Positions 63,585 to 64,000 of a stretch of 64,000 bases of DNA are shown in pieces. Made by a program: the position numbers and the translations under genes. Origin of the DNA: Eledone cirrhosa (Eukaryota). The stretch spans positions 294,810,001 through 294,874,000 of the forward strand of contig OZ024742.1 in assembly GCA_964016885.1 (NCBI GenBank), read 5' to 3'. Positions within the stretch are counted from its first letter, which is position 1. Every line of letters starts with the position of its first letter. A model generated the notes under the pieces. The model made no database searches, was not told the DNA's origin, and was given only the letters and a program-made list of their open reading frames with translations.

Positions 63585-63838
63585 GGATTTGGAACTGCCA
63601 TGAAGTCAAAGTGATCCCGATTGTCATAGGCGCACTGGGGACTATCTCCAAAGGTTTCCAGGGATGGTTAAAGAAAATCGGCCCCTTCACGCTTTTTGGA
63701 ACGCTTCAAAAGGCATGCTTGCTTGGAACAGCAAGAACCCTCCGATACGTCCTGAATATCTGAGGCTGCAGGTAGTGGCTTGATATTCAATCCAACGGAC
63801 TTTCCAGTTAACCAACATCAATGACTGAGATTCAAGGA
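63584..63838 (+). mobile_element. R4/Dong-clade non-LTR retrotransposon 3' end inserted in (TAA)n
   Basis: RIWNCHEVKVIPIVIGALGTISKG..LQKACLLGTARTLRYVLNI* (63584-63763); (AAT)n on both sides. Confidence 0.85.
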
Positions 63839-63853
63839 ATAACAATAACAATA

Positions 63854-63889
<36 letters not shown>

Positions 63890-64000
63890 TCACATGATTG
63901 GATGATCAAACTCGTTTTGAAACACGAAAGCACCAAAAGATCATATTCCATTACAAAAGATGCACAAAGATACAGTAATGGACTACAAATTTCAGAAGTC

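Overview
AT-rich, microsatellite-dense eukaryotic DNA. The repeat content (tRNA-derived SINEs, RTE, CR1, CRE, Tx1/L1 and R4/Dong LINE fragments, a Helitron, a mariner relic, TTAA MITEs) resembles an octopus/cephalopod genome; this is an inference. The right half carries one large minus-strand gene that I assembled by hand into 13 phase-compatible GT-AG coding exons (62949->32733, about 1,730 aa). It has a Ser/Asn-rich N-terminal region, a coiled-coil middle and a Gly/Ser/Cys repeat exon; I do not recognise the family. There is one tRNA-Ala(TGC). The least explained structures are: (1) two adjacent TTAA-bounded foldback elements with ~850-bp and ~200-bp arms in (TA)n, plus a nested GC-rich perfect hairpin whose terminus recurs 22 kb away; (2) a ~40-unit 27-bp array of NRF1-type GCGCATGCGC palindromes at the 5' end of a Helitron; (3) an inverted-repeat element with a hammerhead-ribozyme-like core, seen in two related copies; (4) an inverted duplication whose two arms each gained a different SINE at the same site; (5) tRNA/SINE-tail chimeras. 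All calls are by eye, without database searches, and most repeat boundaries are approximate.
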